A DNA stretch of 64,000 nt, from NCBI GenBank assembly GCA_963724765.1, contig CAVRVY010000001.1, positions 640,001 through 704,000 of the forward strand. Direction: 5' to 3'. The notes beneath the pieces are model-generated. The model saw only the letters and a program-made list of their open reading frames with translations, did no database searches and was not told the origin of the DNA. Positions within the stretch are counted from its first letter, which is position 1; every line of letters starts with the position of its first letter. Positions 32,598 through 42,698 of this stretch are shown here, in pieces. This DNA is from an uncultured delta proteobacterium (GTDB taxonomy: Bacteria; Desulfobacterota; Binatia; Binatales; Binataceae). Made by a program: the position numbers and the translations under genes.

Positions 32598-34272
32598 AGC
32601 CTCGAGTCGGCGCTGCGCGATCTACACACGCAAATCATCTGAAGAGGGCCTCGAACAGGACTTTAATTCTCTACATGCGCAGCGCGAAGCCTGCGGGTCC
32701 TACATCAAAAGTCAGCACGGCGAGGGCTGGCGCCCGGTCAAGACCGCATATGATGACGGCGGCCTGTCGGGCGCCACGATGAACCGGCCGGCTTTGCAAC
32801 GTCTACTGTCGGATATCCGCGAACGCCTGATCGATGTGGTGGTCGTCTACAAAGTAGATCGGCTTACCCGCTCCCTGGCTGACTTTGCCAAGATGGTGGA
32901 GACCTTTGACGCTCACGGTGTCTCTTTTGTAGCGGTAACCCAGCAGTTCAATACAACGACGTCGATGGGGCGCCTGACTCTCAACGTCCTGCTGTCCTTC
33001 GCCCAGTTCGAGCGCGAGGTGACGGGCGAGCGGATCCGCGACAAGATCGCCGCGTCCAAGCAGAAAGGAATGTGGATGGGCGGCTTCGTCCCGTTAGGCT
33101 ATGAGGTCTGCGACCGTCGAGTTGTGATCGACGAAGGTGAGGCGGAGACCGTCCGGTATATTTTGCGACGCTACCAGGAGCTTGGGTGCGTTCGACTGCT
33201 TAAAGAAGATCTGGACCGCAGCGGTATCCTTTCCAAGCGGCGAACTTCCAAGGGGGGTATCGAGTCAGGCGGCCGCTCGTTCTCGCGTGGCGCACTTTAC
33301 GCGCTGCTCTCGAATCCGATTTACGTCGGTGAAATTCGTCACAAAAAGCTCTGCCATCCCGGTCAGCACGAAGCAATCCTGGATCGCGCAGTATGGGAGC
33401 AAACGCAGCAGCAGCTCCGTGAGCATAGGGTTCGCAGCAAGAGCCGCGATGCCAGCGTCGAAAAAAATCCTCTGACCGGACGCTTATTCGATGAGAATGG
33501 CGACGGGCTTACGCCCAGTCACGCGCGCAAAGGAGAACGAAAGTACCGTTATTACGTCTCGCGCAACTTCCTGGCCCAGGGATCTACGCCATCGCGCGGC
33601 GGCTGGCGTTTGCCTGCGCGAGAGCTCGAAAAGCGAGTAGCGGCTGCTGTCCGGGAAATGCTCGATGACCAAGCAGCAGTTCTTGAGGCCGCTCAAAAAA
33701 CTGACATCGACTCCCGCCAGATCGACCGGGTACTCCACGCGGCCCGCACCTGGAGTCACCGTCTTCAATCCGAAGCCGAACAGACGGCCGCGATTGCCGC
33801 GCTCGTGGATCGGGTGGAACTCAAATGTGACGGCATGGGCGTGTCGATCAAGTTGCCCATAGGTGGCACGGAAAAGTCGCGGGCTCAGCTTTCGGACGCG
33901 GTCGCGATCACGCGATCGTTTCCAATGCAGCTGAAACGGCGTGGTGCTGAGTTGCGGCTAATCGTAGGCGATCACAATCGTTCCGCGGCGACCGTCGATC
34001 TGCCGCTGTTAAAAGCTGTCGCCCGGGCACATCGCTGGTTCGACGAGATCAGCACCGGAAAGGCGAACTCTCTGGCCGAGATCGCTGCACGCGAGGGGCT
34101 CGCCGTGCGCTATGTTGGCCGCTTGATCCGCCTGGCTTTCCTGGCACCGGTTATCGTTGAGTCCATCGTGGAGGGCCGGCAGCCGACCAGTCTTACTGCA
34201 GAAGCACTCACCCGGCACATCGAGATGCCGCTCGACTGGCGCTCGCAGAGGACCGCTCTGAACATTCAGTAA
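32584..34272 (+). CDS. large serine recombinase adjacent to tRNA-Ser
   Basis: CAIYTRKSSEE, VYKVDRLTRS, SFAQFERE, LSNPIYVG; paralog of 23804-25498. Confidence 0.95.
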   Translation: MEPGRASSRRCAIYTRKSSEEGLEQDFNSLHAQREACGSYIKSQHGEGWRPVKTAYDDGGLSGATMNRPALQRLLSDIRERLIDVVVVYKVDRLTRSLADFAKMVETFDAHGVSFVAVTQQFNTTTSMGRLTLNVLLSFAQFEREVTGERIRDKIAASKQKGMWMGGFVPLGYEVCDRRVVIDEGEAETVRYILRRYQELGCVRLLKEDLDRSGILSKRRTSKGGIESGGRSFSRGALYALLSNPIYVGEIRHKKLCHPGQHEAILDRAVWEQTQQQLREHRVRSKSRDASVEKNPLTGRLFDENGDGLTPSHARKGERKYRYYVSRNFLAQGSTPSRGGWRLPARELEKRVAAAVREMLDDQAAVLEAAQKTDIDSRQIDRVLHAARTWSHRLQSEAEQTAAIAALVDRVELKCDGMGVSIKLPIGGTEKSRAQLSDAVAITRSFPMQLKRRGAELRLIVGDHNRSAATVDLPLLKAVARAHRWFDEISTGKANSLAEIAAREGLAVRYVGRLIRLAFLAPVIVESIVEGRQPTSLTAEALTRHIEMPLDWRSQRTALNIQ

Positions 34273-34567
34273 CCCGGGACGCTCGTACCATCGCGCAGTT
34301 GGGTTTTCTGATATGGGCGGTAATTTCTCCCATCAGAAACGAGACAATGGCGCTCCTCCGCACCACTCGCGATGTCCGCAGATCTCTACCATGCAATGTG
34401 CTCGCCCAGGGCATCGGCACCGAATTCCTCGCCCACAGAGAGAAAATCGAAGTGACGCGGCACGGCTCGCCATGTCCGCGCTCTCCGGTGCCGATGGGCC
34501 GTGCGCATCGCCACCACCCGCGCGCAGTTTGCGCACTTCCCCGAAGAATGCCTCAAACCTGAGACTC

Positions 34568-34661
<94 letters not shown>

Positions 34662-34907
34662 GCAGGCTCGGGAAAAGCCCTGGGAGACAATTTTTACGCG
34701 CTCATCGTGAGACTGGCAACCTTGCCTCCCCGGGTATCCAGCGGGTCTGCGGCCAGTGTGACATTATGCGGGGCGTCGTCAGGCGGCGCGTCTCCAACTC
34801 GACCGACCGTACGGCGAGGGAAGGCCGCCTCTTGCTGAAAGTTCACGAGACTCCCGGTATCGTCATTCAATAAGCTGGATTGGCGGCTGGCCACGGGGTT
34901 ATCGCCG

Positions 34908-36104
34908 ATGTCGCTTCGATTGAACCGTCGTCAAATTCTGATCGCCGGACTTGGCGCGATAGCCGGGGCCGCAATTCTTATACGCGCAGATGTGGACGAC
35001 GATTCACCGCGCGGCGACGCATACGCGCCGTGGCGCGACTGGCGCGGCGCTCCGGGGGGAGGATCGCGATCATTGATCGGCACGGCAATTCTGGCGGCAA
35101 ATGCGCACAACACGCAGCCATGGATATTCTGTGTTCGTCCCGACCGGATCGATCTCTACGCCGACGAGGGCCGCAATCTGGGCGCGATGGATCCGTTTCG
35201 GCGCGAGATGCGGGTTAGTCTCGGCTGCGCGCTGGAGAATCTTTGCCTGAGAGCCCGCGCGGACGGTTACGCCACGCGGGTCACGATCGAGCGCGCAACC
35301 CTGTCCCAGCCTGCACCGGCGAGCGGGACGCATCGCGTCGCCTCGATTGCGCTCACGCGCGGTGAGGCCGAGATTTCTCCGCTTTACGCCGCGATACCGG
35401 CGCGCCACACTAATCGCGGCCCCTACGACCGCGACCGCCCGATTCCCCTGCAAGTGCTGGCGAAGCTCGCGACACTCGCGACCGACGAGCCCGGCGTCAA
35501 ATTATTCCTGTTGACCGATTCTGGCCCGCGCTCCGAATTTGCCGCGGCAACGGCGGCCGCGACCGAAGCGATCATCGGCGACACGACGATGATCCACGAC
35601 AGCGATGCGTGGTTTCGCGGGACCGATGCCGAGATAGCGGCGCATCGCGACGGCCCCACGATCGGGGCGGCCGGCCTGTCGCCATTTGTCACCTTGATGG
35701 CGAAAATTCTTCCCGCGCCCTCGCCGGAGCGGACCCATCGCATCTGGCTCGCCCAGACTCGCAACGTGCAGCTTGCGACGGCGGCGGTGTTCGGCCTGAT
35801 CGCGGTGCGCGATTTGTACGATCAGGAGCAGGCGTTACGGGCCGGGATGCTCTGGCAGCGCCTGCATTTGCAATTAACGCGGACGGGCTTGGCGGCGCAA
35901 CCGTTGAACCAGCTTCCGGAAAGAGTGGATCGCGAAAAGCAGCTTGGTCTGCCGGCAACTACGTGCAAGGTGCTTGCGTCGCTTGCTGGCGATGCGGGCT
36001 GGCTGCCGACGTTCGCGTTTCGGCTCGGCTTTCCGGTACGTCCAGCGCCGGCGAGCCCGCGCCGCGATCCGCAATCAGTGATTTCCGCTGTCGGATGCGC
36101 CTAG
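34908..36104 (+). CDS. Acg-family FMN-binding nitroreductase-like protein with Tat-like signal
   Basis: LNRRQIL leader; LAANAHNTQPW, SLGCALEN, RHTNRGPY, SPRR. Confidence 0.85.
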   Translation: MSLRLNRRQILIAGLGAIAGAAILIRADVDDDSPRGDAYAPWRDWRGAPGGGSRSLIGTAILAANAHNTQPWIFCVRPDRIDLYADEGRNLGAMDPFRREMRVSLGCALENLCLRARADGYATRVTIERATLSQPAPASGTHRVASIALTRGEAEISPLYAAIPARHTNRGPYDRDRPIPLQVLAKLATLATDEPGVKLFLLTDSGPRSEFAAATAAATEAIIGDTTMIHDSDAWFRGTDAEIAAHRDGPTIGAAGLSPFVTLMAKILPAPSPERTHRIWLAQTRNVQLATAAVFGLIAVRDLYDQEQALRAGMLWQRLHLQLTRTGLAAQPLNQLPERVDREKQLGLPATTCKVLASLAGDAGWLPTFAFRLGFPVRPAPASPRRDPQSVISAVGCA

Positions 36105-36155
36105 CCGGTCCTTCGATCGGCTAGGCACATCCGTCGCTGCTTCGTAGGAGAAAGC

Positions 36156-36605
36156 TCAGATATCGGTCCGCTCCGCCTTGAGCTCTCGGCGCTCCTGCAT
36201 GTTGAAGCGGTCCTGGTAGATCGGCCGGCCGCCCGTCGTCGGCCCCGGGTACTGCACGATTACCATCAATCCGCCCGTTTCAGTCGAAAGCTCGTCCTCG
36301 GAGTGCGGATCACCGTGGTAGAGCATCGTGCCCGGACCGCACAGGCGTCCGGCGATGCGGAACTCACCTTCCAGGATGTACCAGACTTGCGCGAAGTCGT
36401 GCCGGTGCCATGGATGGTGGCTGCCGGGAGTAAAGCGCAGCAGCCCCGCGTTGGGCGCGGTTGGTTGGTCCACGCTGGGATGGAATAGCATCTTGCCAGT
36501 TTCGCCGGGCCAGCGGATAGTCTCCCATTCCATATCATCGATATGACGTATGGTTGCTGGCCGATCCGACTCCGTTACCGGCGAATTCGTAGCCTTTTGC
36601 GTCAT
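36156..36605 (-). CDS. cupin-domain protein
   Basis: PGSHHPWHRHDFAQVWYILEGEF. Confidence 0.85.
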   Translation of the reverse strand: MTQKATNSPVTESDRPATIRHIDDMEWETIRWPGETGKMLFHPSVDQPTAPNAGLLRFTPGSHHPWHRHDFAQVWYILEGEFRIAGRLCGPGTMLYHGDPHSEDELSTETGGLMVIVQYPGPTTGGRPIYQDRFNMQERRELKAERTDI

Positions 36606-36694
36606 TGGCTGATCTCCCTTCTAAGCCACCACTCGTGCTGCTGTTAGCGTTCACGACCACGGCTGTCGCGGCTGCCCGCGGCCGGGCACAGATG

Positions 36695-36919
36695 TCAGCG
36701 ATCCGCGATCAACCAGGCGACGATCATCATAGCGAACACTACCACGATCGTCAGGCCGTGGGCTCTCAGCCAACGACGCAATTGGCGGCGCGTCATGCGC
36801 ACGCTCGAGGGCAAAATCCTGTTGACGAATGGAATGAGCCGCCCGCCGAGACTCTGAACGTTCGCGCCACCGTGGCGCAAACGGAGACTGGAGGTCTCAC
36901 GTTCTTCGTTGTTACTCAT
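36695..36919 (-). CDS. small hypothetical protein with C-terminal TM helix
   Basis: ends HGLTIVVVFAMMIVAWLIADR. Confidence 0.5.
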   Translation of the reverse strand: MSNNEERETSSLRLRHGGANVQSLGGRLIPFVNRILPSSVRMTRRQLRRWLRAHGLTIVVVFAMMIVAWLIADR

Positions 36920-37255
36920 GTGCAGATCGATGCAATCGCTGCGGTTTGGCCCTACGCGGCGTGTGTTTATAAGAATACCACAACGCACGTTATAAGTAAA
37001 TTAAGCAATTATTAAGAGACTATAAGCCGCGCGTCCGAATTCGATCGCGCTGCGCTGTATCTGACCACCTGTCTCTGGAACAAACCACTTTACTATTTGA
37101 CGGGACTTCCCTTTCAAGGCGATTCGCTTGGCGGATGACAACTGTACGCTGGCGCACCGTCGCGCCACGGCCATGTCGCACTCCAAGGCATCGCTCTTGC
37201 TCCCCTTGAGGGAAGGGTAGATGCGGGCATTTTGCGCACTGCGGCTATCGCAAAA

Positions 37256-40200
37256 ATGACTCAACAGATGAACGGGAACTCCCGAGAGAATGGCCTGCGG
37301 CAGTCCGACGGTGCGCCTGCCATTGCGCCGGCGCACTGGCTCGAGCGGTTTATGGCCGCGCTGGCATGTGCGTCGGAATCCGACATGTCGCAACTCAACG
37401 CGCTGCTCCGGACCGGCCTCGCCGTGGTGTTCTTCTTTGAAGTGGCCACCTGGTTGGAGGTCGCGCGATTCCAACCCGCGCTCCTGCATGCGGAGCGGCC
37501 CTTCTTCATCTTCGACATCGCGCTGGTGAGCGGCGGTCTCAGTCTGACCTATTTCAAATGGTTCAGCCGTAATTGGCGCACGGTGGCGATGACTTTCTGT
37601 CTCATCCTGCTTGCCAGCCGCATGCTGTCGACGTTCGCGATCAGTGAGGACGAGCCATTGATGCTGGTGCTCTTTGTGCTTGCGCTGGGTACCGCTGTGC
37701 TGGTGCCGTGGGGCGTGCGCTGGCAGGGCATCCTCACATTGGCAGGCCTGATTGCGTTTGCGATCGCCGGCGTGGAGGGTGTGGTCCAGCCAGTGGACCT
37801 GCATCGATGGCTTGTGCTGGCAGCCGTGGGAGCCTTCGCGTTGAGCTTCACGGCGCTGAAAGATCACTATCGATCCCAAGCCATCCTGATCGAAGCCCTG
37901 TTATACAACGAAAAGTGTCTGGCCCGGAGCGAGACGATGTTGCGTACGGTCTTCGATGCCGTGCCGGACATCGTGACCCTGACCAGGTTCGTCGACGGAA
38001 AGTTATTCGAGGTCAACGCGGAGTTTCTCAAATGCGCCGGGCTCAGCCGAGAGCAGGCGCTTGCGACCACGGTGCTCGAAGTCGCGGCATGGAAAAGCGC
38101 CCAATTGCGGCACGAGTACATCGAGGAACTGAAGGAGAAGGGCCACGTCCGGAATTTCGAGACCGAATTTCGGATTCACGGGGTGCTCGTACCGCATCTC
38201 CTGTCATCCGTGGTGGTCGAGATCGATGGCGAGCTTTACGCGCTCAACGTCGCGCGCGATGCCACCAGCATCAAGGAAAATGAATGCGCGCTGCGCGAGG
38301 CCCAGGAACGGCTCCGCACGCAGGTCGAGGAGTTGACCGCGACGCAGGGCCGCCTGCGCGCCGAAGTCGTTGAACGCGAAGCCGCTGAGCGCGTCGCCCG
38401 CGAGCGCGAGACCACGGTGCTGAAGGTTTTTGAGGCCAGCCCCGACATCATCACTGTCTCAAGCCGGCGCGATTTTCGGCTTATCCGGGCCAACAGCGTG
38501 TTTTTCCGGGAGACAGGGTACGCTCCGGAGGAAATCCTCGGAAGGCCAATCCACTCGAAGTTCTGGGCCAACCGCGATCAGCGCGAGCGGTTCAAAGAGG
38601 CGCTGGATCGCGACGGCCTCGCACACAACATGGAGGCCGACCTCAAGATGCAGGACGGCACCATCAATTCTTACCTGCTCTCCTCGGTGGCGGTTGAGCT
38701 GAGCGGTGAACCGTGCAGGGTATCCTTCTGGCGCAACGTTACCGAAGCCAAACGTGCGGCGCAGCGAGTTGCCGACAGCGAGGCGACGCTGCGCAGGATG
38801 TTCGAGGCCACGCCCGATATAATCATCACTCGGCGCGCAGACGGGCCGATCCTCGACGTCAACGACGAGTTTGTAAAGCGTACCGGGATCACGCGCGAGC
38901 AGGCGTTGGGATCCTCGATGGACGATGTCCGCCTTTTTCTCCGGCCCGAAGATCGCGCGGAATTCCTTCGCCGGGTTCAGGCCGACGGCATCATCCAGGA
39001 TTTCGAGGCGGACTTTAGCCTCAAAGGCGTCGCGGTGCCGTACCTGGTTTCGGGCGCAGTGGTCGAATCCGAAGACGGGCCCCTCATTTTTGGTATCTCG
39101 CGCGACATCGGCGCACGCAAGCAGATGGAACGCGAGCTTATCGCGGCGCGCGAGGCGGCGCTGGCCGCGTCCCGCGCCAAATCCGAGTTTCTTTCCAGCA
39201 TGTCGCATGAGATCCGCACCCCCATGAACGCGATCCTCGGGATGGTGGATCTGTTGAGCGATGGCGCGCTCGGCGCCGAGCAACGACACTATCTCGACAC
39301 CATGCGCTCCAACGGCAACGCTCTGATGCATCTGATCAACGACATCCTCGACGTTGCCAAGATCGAAAGCGGCCGCCTGAGCCTGGAGTCGCTTAGCTTC
39401 GACCTTGAAGACGTGGTCGACAAGGCGATCGAAACGATGAGCGTGCGCGCGCATGCCAAGGGCCTGGAACTGATGGCGCGTATTCCGCCGCACGTGCCGC
39501 CTAATCTGATCGGCGACCCGCTGAGGCTGCGTCAGATTTTAATCAACCTGGCAGCCAACGCGATCAAGTTCACCGAACAAGGCGAGGTCGCGTTGACGGT
39601 CGAAAGCCTCTCGCCGGCCGAGGCTCTGCGCCTCGGCTTTTCGGCCGACCCGGCCCAAGGCGAGGGCGGCCATCCGGGCGCCCCCGTCGCCTGGCTGCGC
39701 TTCTCAGTGGCCGACACCGGGATCGGAATCGCTGCCGGCCATCTGGGCGCGATCTTCTCCAGCTTCACCCAGGCCGATGCGTCCGTCTCGCGCCGCTTTG
39801 GCGGCTCCGGGCTAGGGCTTACGATCGTGCGGCGCCTGTGCGAGATGATGAGCGGGCGGGTCGAGGTGGAAAGCGAAGTCGGCCGCGGTTCGATTTTCCG
39901 GGTTACGGTCCCTCTGGGTATCGACACCCGGCCGCTGGCGGCCGAAGGGCGCGGCGCGGAAGTCAACCTCGACGGCGTTCGGATACTCGTGGTCGATGAC
40001 AACGACACCAACCGCCTGATCCTGCGCGAAATGCTTGTGCGCAATCGCGCCGTGGTGACCGAGGCCGCCAGCGGCGCGGCGGCGCTCGCCGAACTCGCCC
40101 GCACCCGCGCGGCCGGCCGCCCGTACCGGCTGATGCTGCTCGATTACCGGATGCCGGGCATGGACGGAGTGGAGGTAGCGCGCAAAGCGATCGACCATGG

Positions 40201-40891
40201 CTTCGCACGGTCGTCCGCCGGCGGCCAGGACACCATCATCCTGATGCTGACCTCTGACGACCTGAATTTCAGGCTCGCCCGGTTGCGTGAAGTGGGCCTG
40301 CATACGTATCTGATCAAACCGGTCAAGCGGGCCGAGTTGCTCGAGAAGATCAAAGACCTGTTAAGCGATGTCGGTGCGGGACAATCGCTTTCGGAACCCC
40401 CCGACCTGTCAGCGGCGCCCGACGACACGGCGCCTCTGCGGATCCTGCTCGCCGAGGATGCGCCCGATAATCGCTTTCTCATCCAGGCTTACCTGAAGAA
40501 GTTTCCCTACCAGATCGATATTGCCGAAAACGGCCGCGTCGCGATCGAGAAGTTCAAGGCCGCGCGTCCCGACCTGGTGTTGATGGATGTGCAAATGCCG
40601 GAGATGGATGGGTTGGCTGCCACGCGCGCGATTCGCCAGTGGGAAAACGAGCAGGGTTTCCCGGCCACGCCGATAATCGCGCTCACCGCATCGGCGCTCG
40701 ACGAGGACGTGAGGCGCAGCCTGGACGCCGGCTGCGATGAGCACGTTAACAAACCGGTCAAGCGGCCGGTGCTGCTGGCCGCGATTCGCAGGGCGGAGGC
40801 GATGCGCCGAGCCATGGCCGCCGAGTCCGAGCCCGTCGCCGCCGACCCACAGTCGCCCGGCGAGTCAGCGGTGGATACACCGCTTGCCTAG
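37256..40891 (+). CDS. membrane hybrid sensor histidine kinase (3 PAS, HisKA, HATPase, 2 receivers)
   Basis: ~5 TM helices; three FDA/FEA.PDI PAS repeats; SHEIRTPMN; NAIKFT; DTGIG; GGSGLGL; two REC domains. Confidence 0.95.
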   Translation: MTQQMNGNSRENGLRQSDGAPAIAPAHWLERFMAALACASESDMSQLNALLRTGLAVVFFFEVATWLEVARFQPALLHAERPFFIFDIALVSGGLSLTYFKWFSRNWRTVAMTFCLILLASRMLSTFAISEDEPLMLVLFVLALGTAVLVPWGVRWQGILTLAGLIAFAIAGVEGVVQPVDLHRWLVLAAVGAFALSFTALKDHYRSQAILIEALLYNEKCLARSETMLRTVFDAVPDIVTLTRFVDGKLFEVNAEFLKCAGLSREQALATTVLEVAAWKSAQLRHEYIEELKEKGHVRNFETEFRIHGVLVPHLLSSVVVEIDGELYALNVARDATSIKENECALREAQERLRTQVEELTATQGRLRAEVVEREAAERVARERETTVLKVFEASPDIITVSSRRDFRLIRANSVFFRETGYAPEEILGRPIHSKFWANRDQRERFKEALDRDGLAHNMEADLKMQDGTINSYLLSSVAVELSGEPCRVSFWRNVTEAKRAAQRVADSEATLRRMFEATPDIIITRRADGPILDVNDEFVKRTGITREQALGSSMDDVRLFLRPEDRAEFLRRVQADGIIQDFEADFSLKGVAVPYLVSGAVVESEDGPLIFGISRDIGARKQMERELIAAREAALAASRAKSEFLSSMSHEIRTPMNAILGMVDLLSDGALGAEQRHYLDTMRSNGNALMHLINDILDVAKIESGRLSLESLSFDLEDVVDKAIETMSVRAHAKGLELMARIPPHVPPNLIGDPLRLRQILINLAANAIKFTEQGEVALTVESLSPAEALRLGFSADPAQGEGGHPGAPVAWLRFSVADTGIGIAAGHLGAIFSSFTQADASVSRRFGGSGLGLTIVRRLCEMMSGRVEVESEVGRGSIFRVTVPLGIDTRPLAAEGRGAEVNLDGVRILVVDDNDTNRLILREMLVRNRAVVTEAASGAAALAELARTRAAGRPYRLMLLDYRMPGMDGVEVARKAIDHGFARSSAGGQDTIILMLTSDDLNFRLARLREVGLHTYLIKPVKRAELLEKIKDLLSDVGAGQSLSEPPDLSAAPDDTAPLRILLAEDAPDNRFLIQAYLKKFPYQIDIAENGRVAIEKFKAARPDLVLMDVQMPEMDGLAATRAIRQWENEQGFPATPIIALTASALDEDVRRSLDAGCDEHVNKPVKRPVLLAAIRRAEAMRRAMAAESEPVAADPQSPGESAVDTPLA

Positions 40892-41151
40892 AGACTACGC
40901 TCGTCGAATGGCTCGACGGTCAGTCGCGACGGCCAGCTCGACGCCGTCAGTGCAACGCGCGCCTGCCTCGTCCGCGATGGCATCCGCCGCGCCGGTCATG
41001 GCCGCATCTCGGGAACCGATGGCTTTCTGCCGGTAGCATCCCGCCCCCGCGCTGGCAAATAGCGCCGCGCGCGCCGGCGATCAATCTTGTCCGATCGCCC
41101 GCGCGCCCGCGCTACACAGCCCTGCCGGTGATCGGGTAGACTCGTGAGCCC

Positions 41152-42456
41152 GTGAAAGCAATCGCGCAAGACCGATCGCTGCGGACGCCGTGGGACAGCT
41201 TTGAGCGCGAGGCGCTCGAGTACCTGCGCGCGCTCATCCGTTTCGATACCAGCAATCCGCCCGGCAACGAACGCGTCGCGACCGATTTTCTGGCCGCTCG
41301 ACTTGGCGCCGAAGCAATCGCGTCCGTGCTGCTCGAGAAAGAGCCGGGCCGCGCCAACCTGGTCGCGCGCCTTAAGGGCGGAGGCGCTGGTGCGCCGCTG
41401 ATGCTGTCCTCGCATACGGATGTCGTGCCGGTTGAGCCCGCGCGATGGAGTCGCGCGCCCTTCGGCGCCGAGGTGGCCGAGGGCTGCGTATGGGGCCGCG
41501 GCGCGATCGACATGAAGGCCAAGACTGCGATGGACCTGGGCTTGGTGCTCGCGCTCAGCCGGGCCGGTGTCGCGCTCAACCGCGACCTGCTGCTGGCGGC
41601 GGTGGCCGACGAGGAGGCCGGCTCGGAACTCGGCTCCCGCTTCCTGGTCGAGCGTCATCCGGAACTGGTGCGCGCGGGATGGGTGCTGAACGAGGCTGGC
41701 GGGTTCACCCTGCATCTCGGCGGCCGGCGCTATTATCCGATCCAGGTCGCCGAGAAGGGATACGTGACGGTGAAGATGACGGTCAACGGGGCCCCCGGTC
41801 ACGGCTCGATCCCGCGCCCGGACAGCGCGATCACGGTACTGGCGGAGCTCGTGATAAAGATCAGCCGGACCCCGATGCGGCTGCGGCTGACGCCGTTGAT
41901 GCGGCGCACGCTCAACCAGCTCGGCATCGATCCGCAAAATTCGCCGCCGCTGTTTCGTGCGATAATGGCCAACACAGTCGTACCCACCATCCTGCGCGCC
42001 GGCTACAAGGACAACGTTATCCCGGGCGAGGCCTCAGTCGTGCTCGACGGCCGCACCTTGCCGGGTGAGACGGCCGAGAGCCTGCTAGGCGAGTTGCGCG
42101 AGATGGTGGGACCGGAGCCCGCGTTCGAGGTGTTGAAGTGCGCGCCACCGGCCGAGAGCAGCGCGGACACGCCGCTTTTCCGGCTGATCGAGCATCATGT
42201 CGAGCTGGCCGACCCGGGCGCGCAGGCGATTGCCTGGATGCTGCCCGGGGCGACCGACAGCAAGTTCTACGCGCAACTCGGTGCGACCTGCTATGGGTTT
42301 GCGCCGGTCCGGATCGGTCCGCGGATGCCCTACGGGGCGCTCTACCACGGCAACGACGAGCGCATCCCGATCGACGGTTTTCTGTGGGGCCTGCGGCTCT
42401 ACGCGGAAGTGGTGCTGAACTTTCTGGGCCTGCGCTTCGACCAGGTATTCAACTAG
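41152..42456 (+). CDS. M20/M25/M40 family metallopeptidase
   Basis: SHTDVVP, GRGAIDMK, ADEEAG, GATDS, HGNDERI. Confidence 0.92.
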   Translation: MKAIAQDRSLRTPWDSFEREALEYLRALIRFDTSNPPGNERVATDFLAARLGAEAIASVLLEKEPGRANLVARLKGGGAGAPLMLSSHTDVVPVEPARWSRAPFGAEVAEGCVWGRGAIDMKAKTAMDLGLVLALSRAGVALNRDLLLAAVADEEAGSELGSRFLVERHPELVRAGWVLNEAGGFTLHLGGRRYYPIQVAEKGYVTVKMTVNGAPGHGSIPRPDSAITVLAELVIKISRTPMRLRLTPLMRRTLNQLGIDPQNSPPLFRAIMANTVVPTILRAGYKDNVIPGEASVVLDGRTLPGETAESLLGELREMVGPEPAFEVLKCAPPAESSADTPLFRLIEHHVELADPGAQAIAWMLPGATDSKFYAQLGATCYGFAPVRIGPRMPYGALYHGNDERIPIDGFLWGLRLYAEVVLNFLGLRFDQVFN

Positions 42457-42495
42457 CGCGGGGCTAAGCTCGCGCCGCCCCTGCCATGTATTAAC

Positions 42496-42642
42496 CTCTC
42501 TTTGACAAAGGAGAGGTCGCCACGAGCAGCGCGAGCGGCGGAAGAGGCCCGTCTGAATTCTCTTGCGCCACAGCGACTTCGAGAAGGTTGCGAAAGCCGG
42601 CCATTAGACCTCTGCCTAACCCTCTCCTTGGACAAGGAGAGG
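42496..42642. repeat. REP-like palindrome doublet between convergent genes
   Basis: CCTCTCTTTGACAAAGGAGAGG and CCCTCTCCTTGGACAAGGAGAGG. Confidence 0.65.
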
Positions 42643-42698
42643 TCATCGGAGGGGACGGGGGAGGAGTCAGAACAACGAGCGACTAACTATTCGGAATC

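Noticed and set aside
38459-39493. Long antisense ORFs over core genes (also 40996-41937, 51969-52856, 53871-54776)
   Set aside because: Opposite-strand shadows of well-supported genes.
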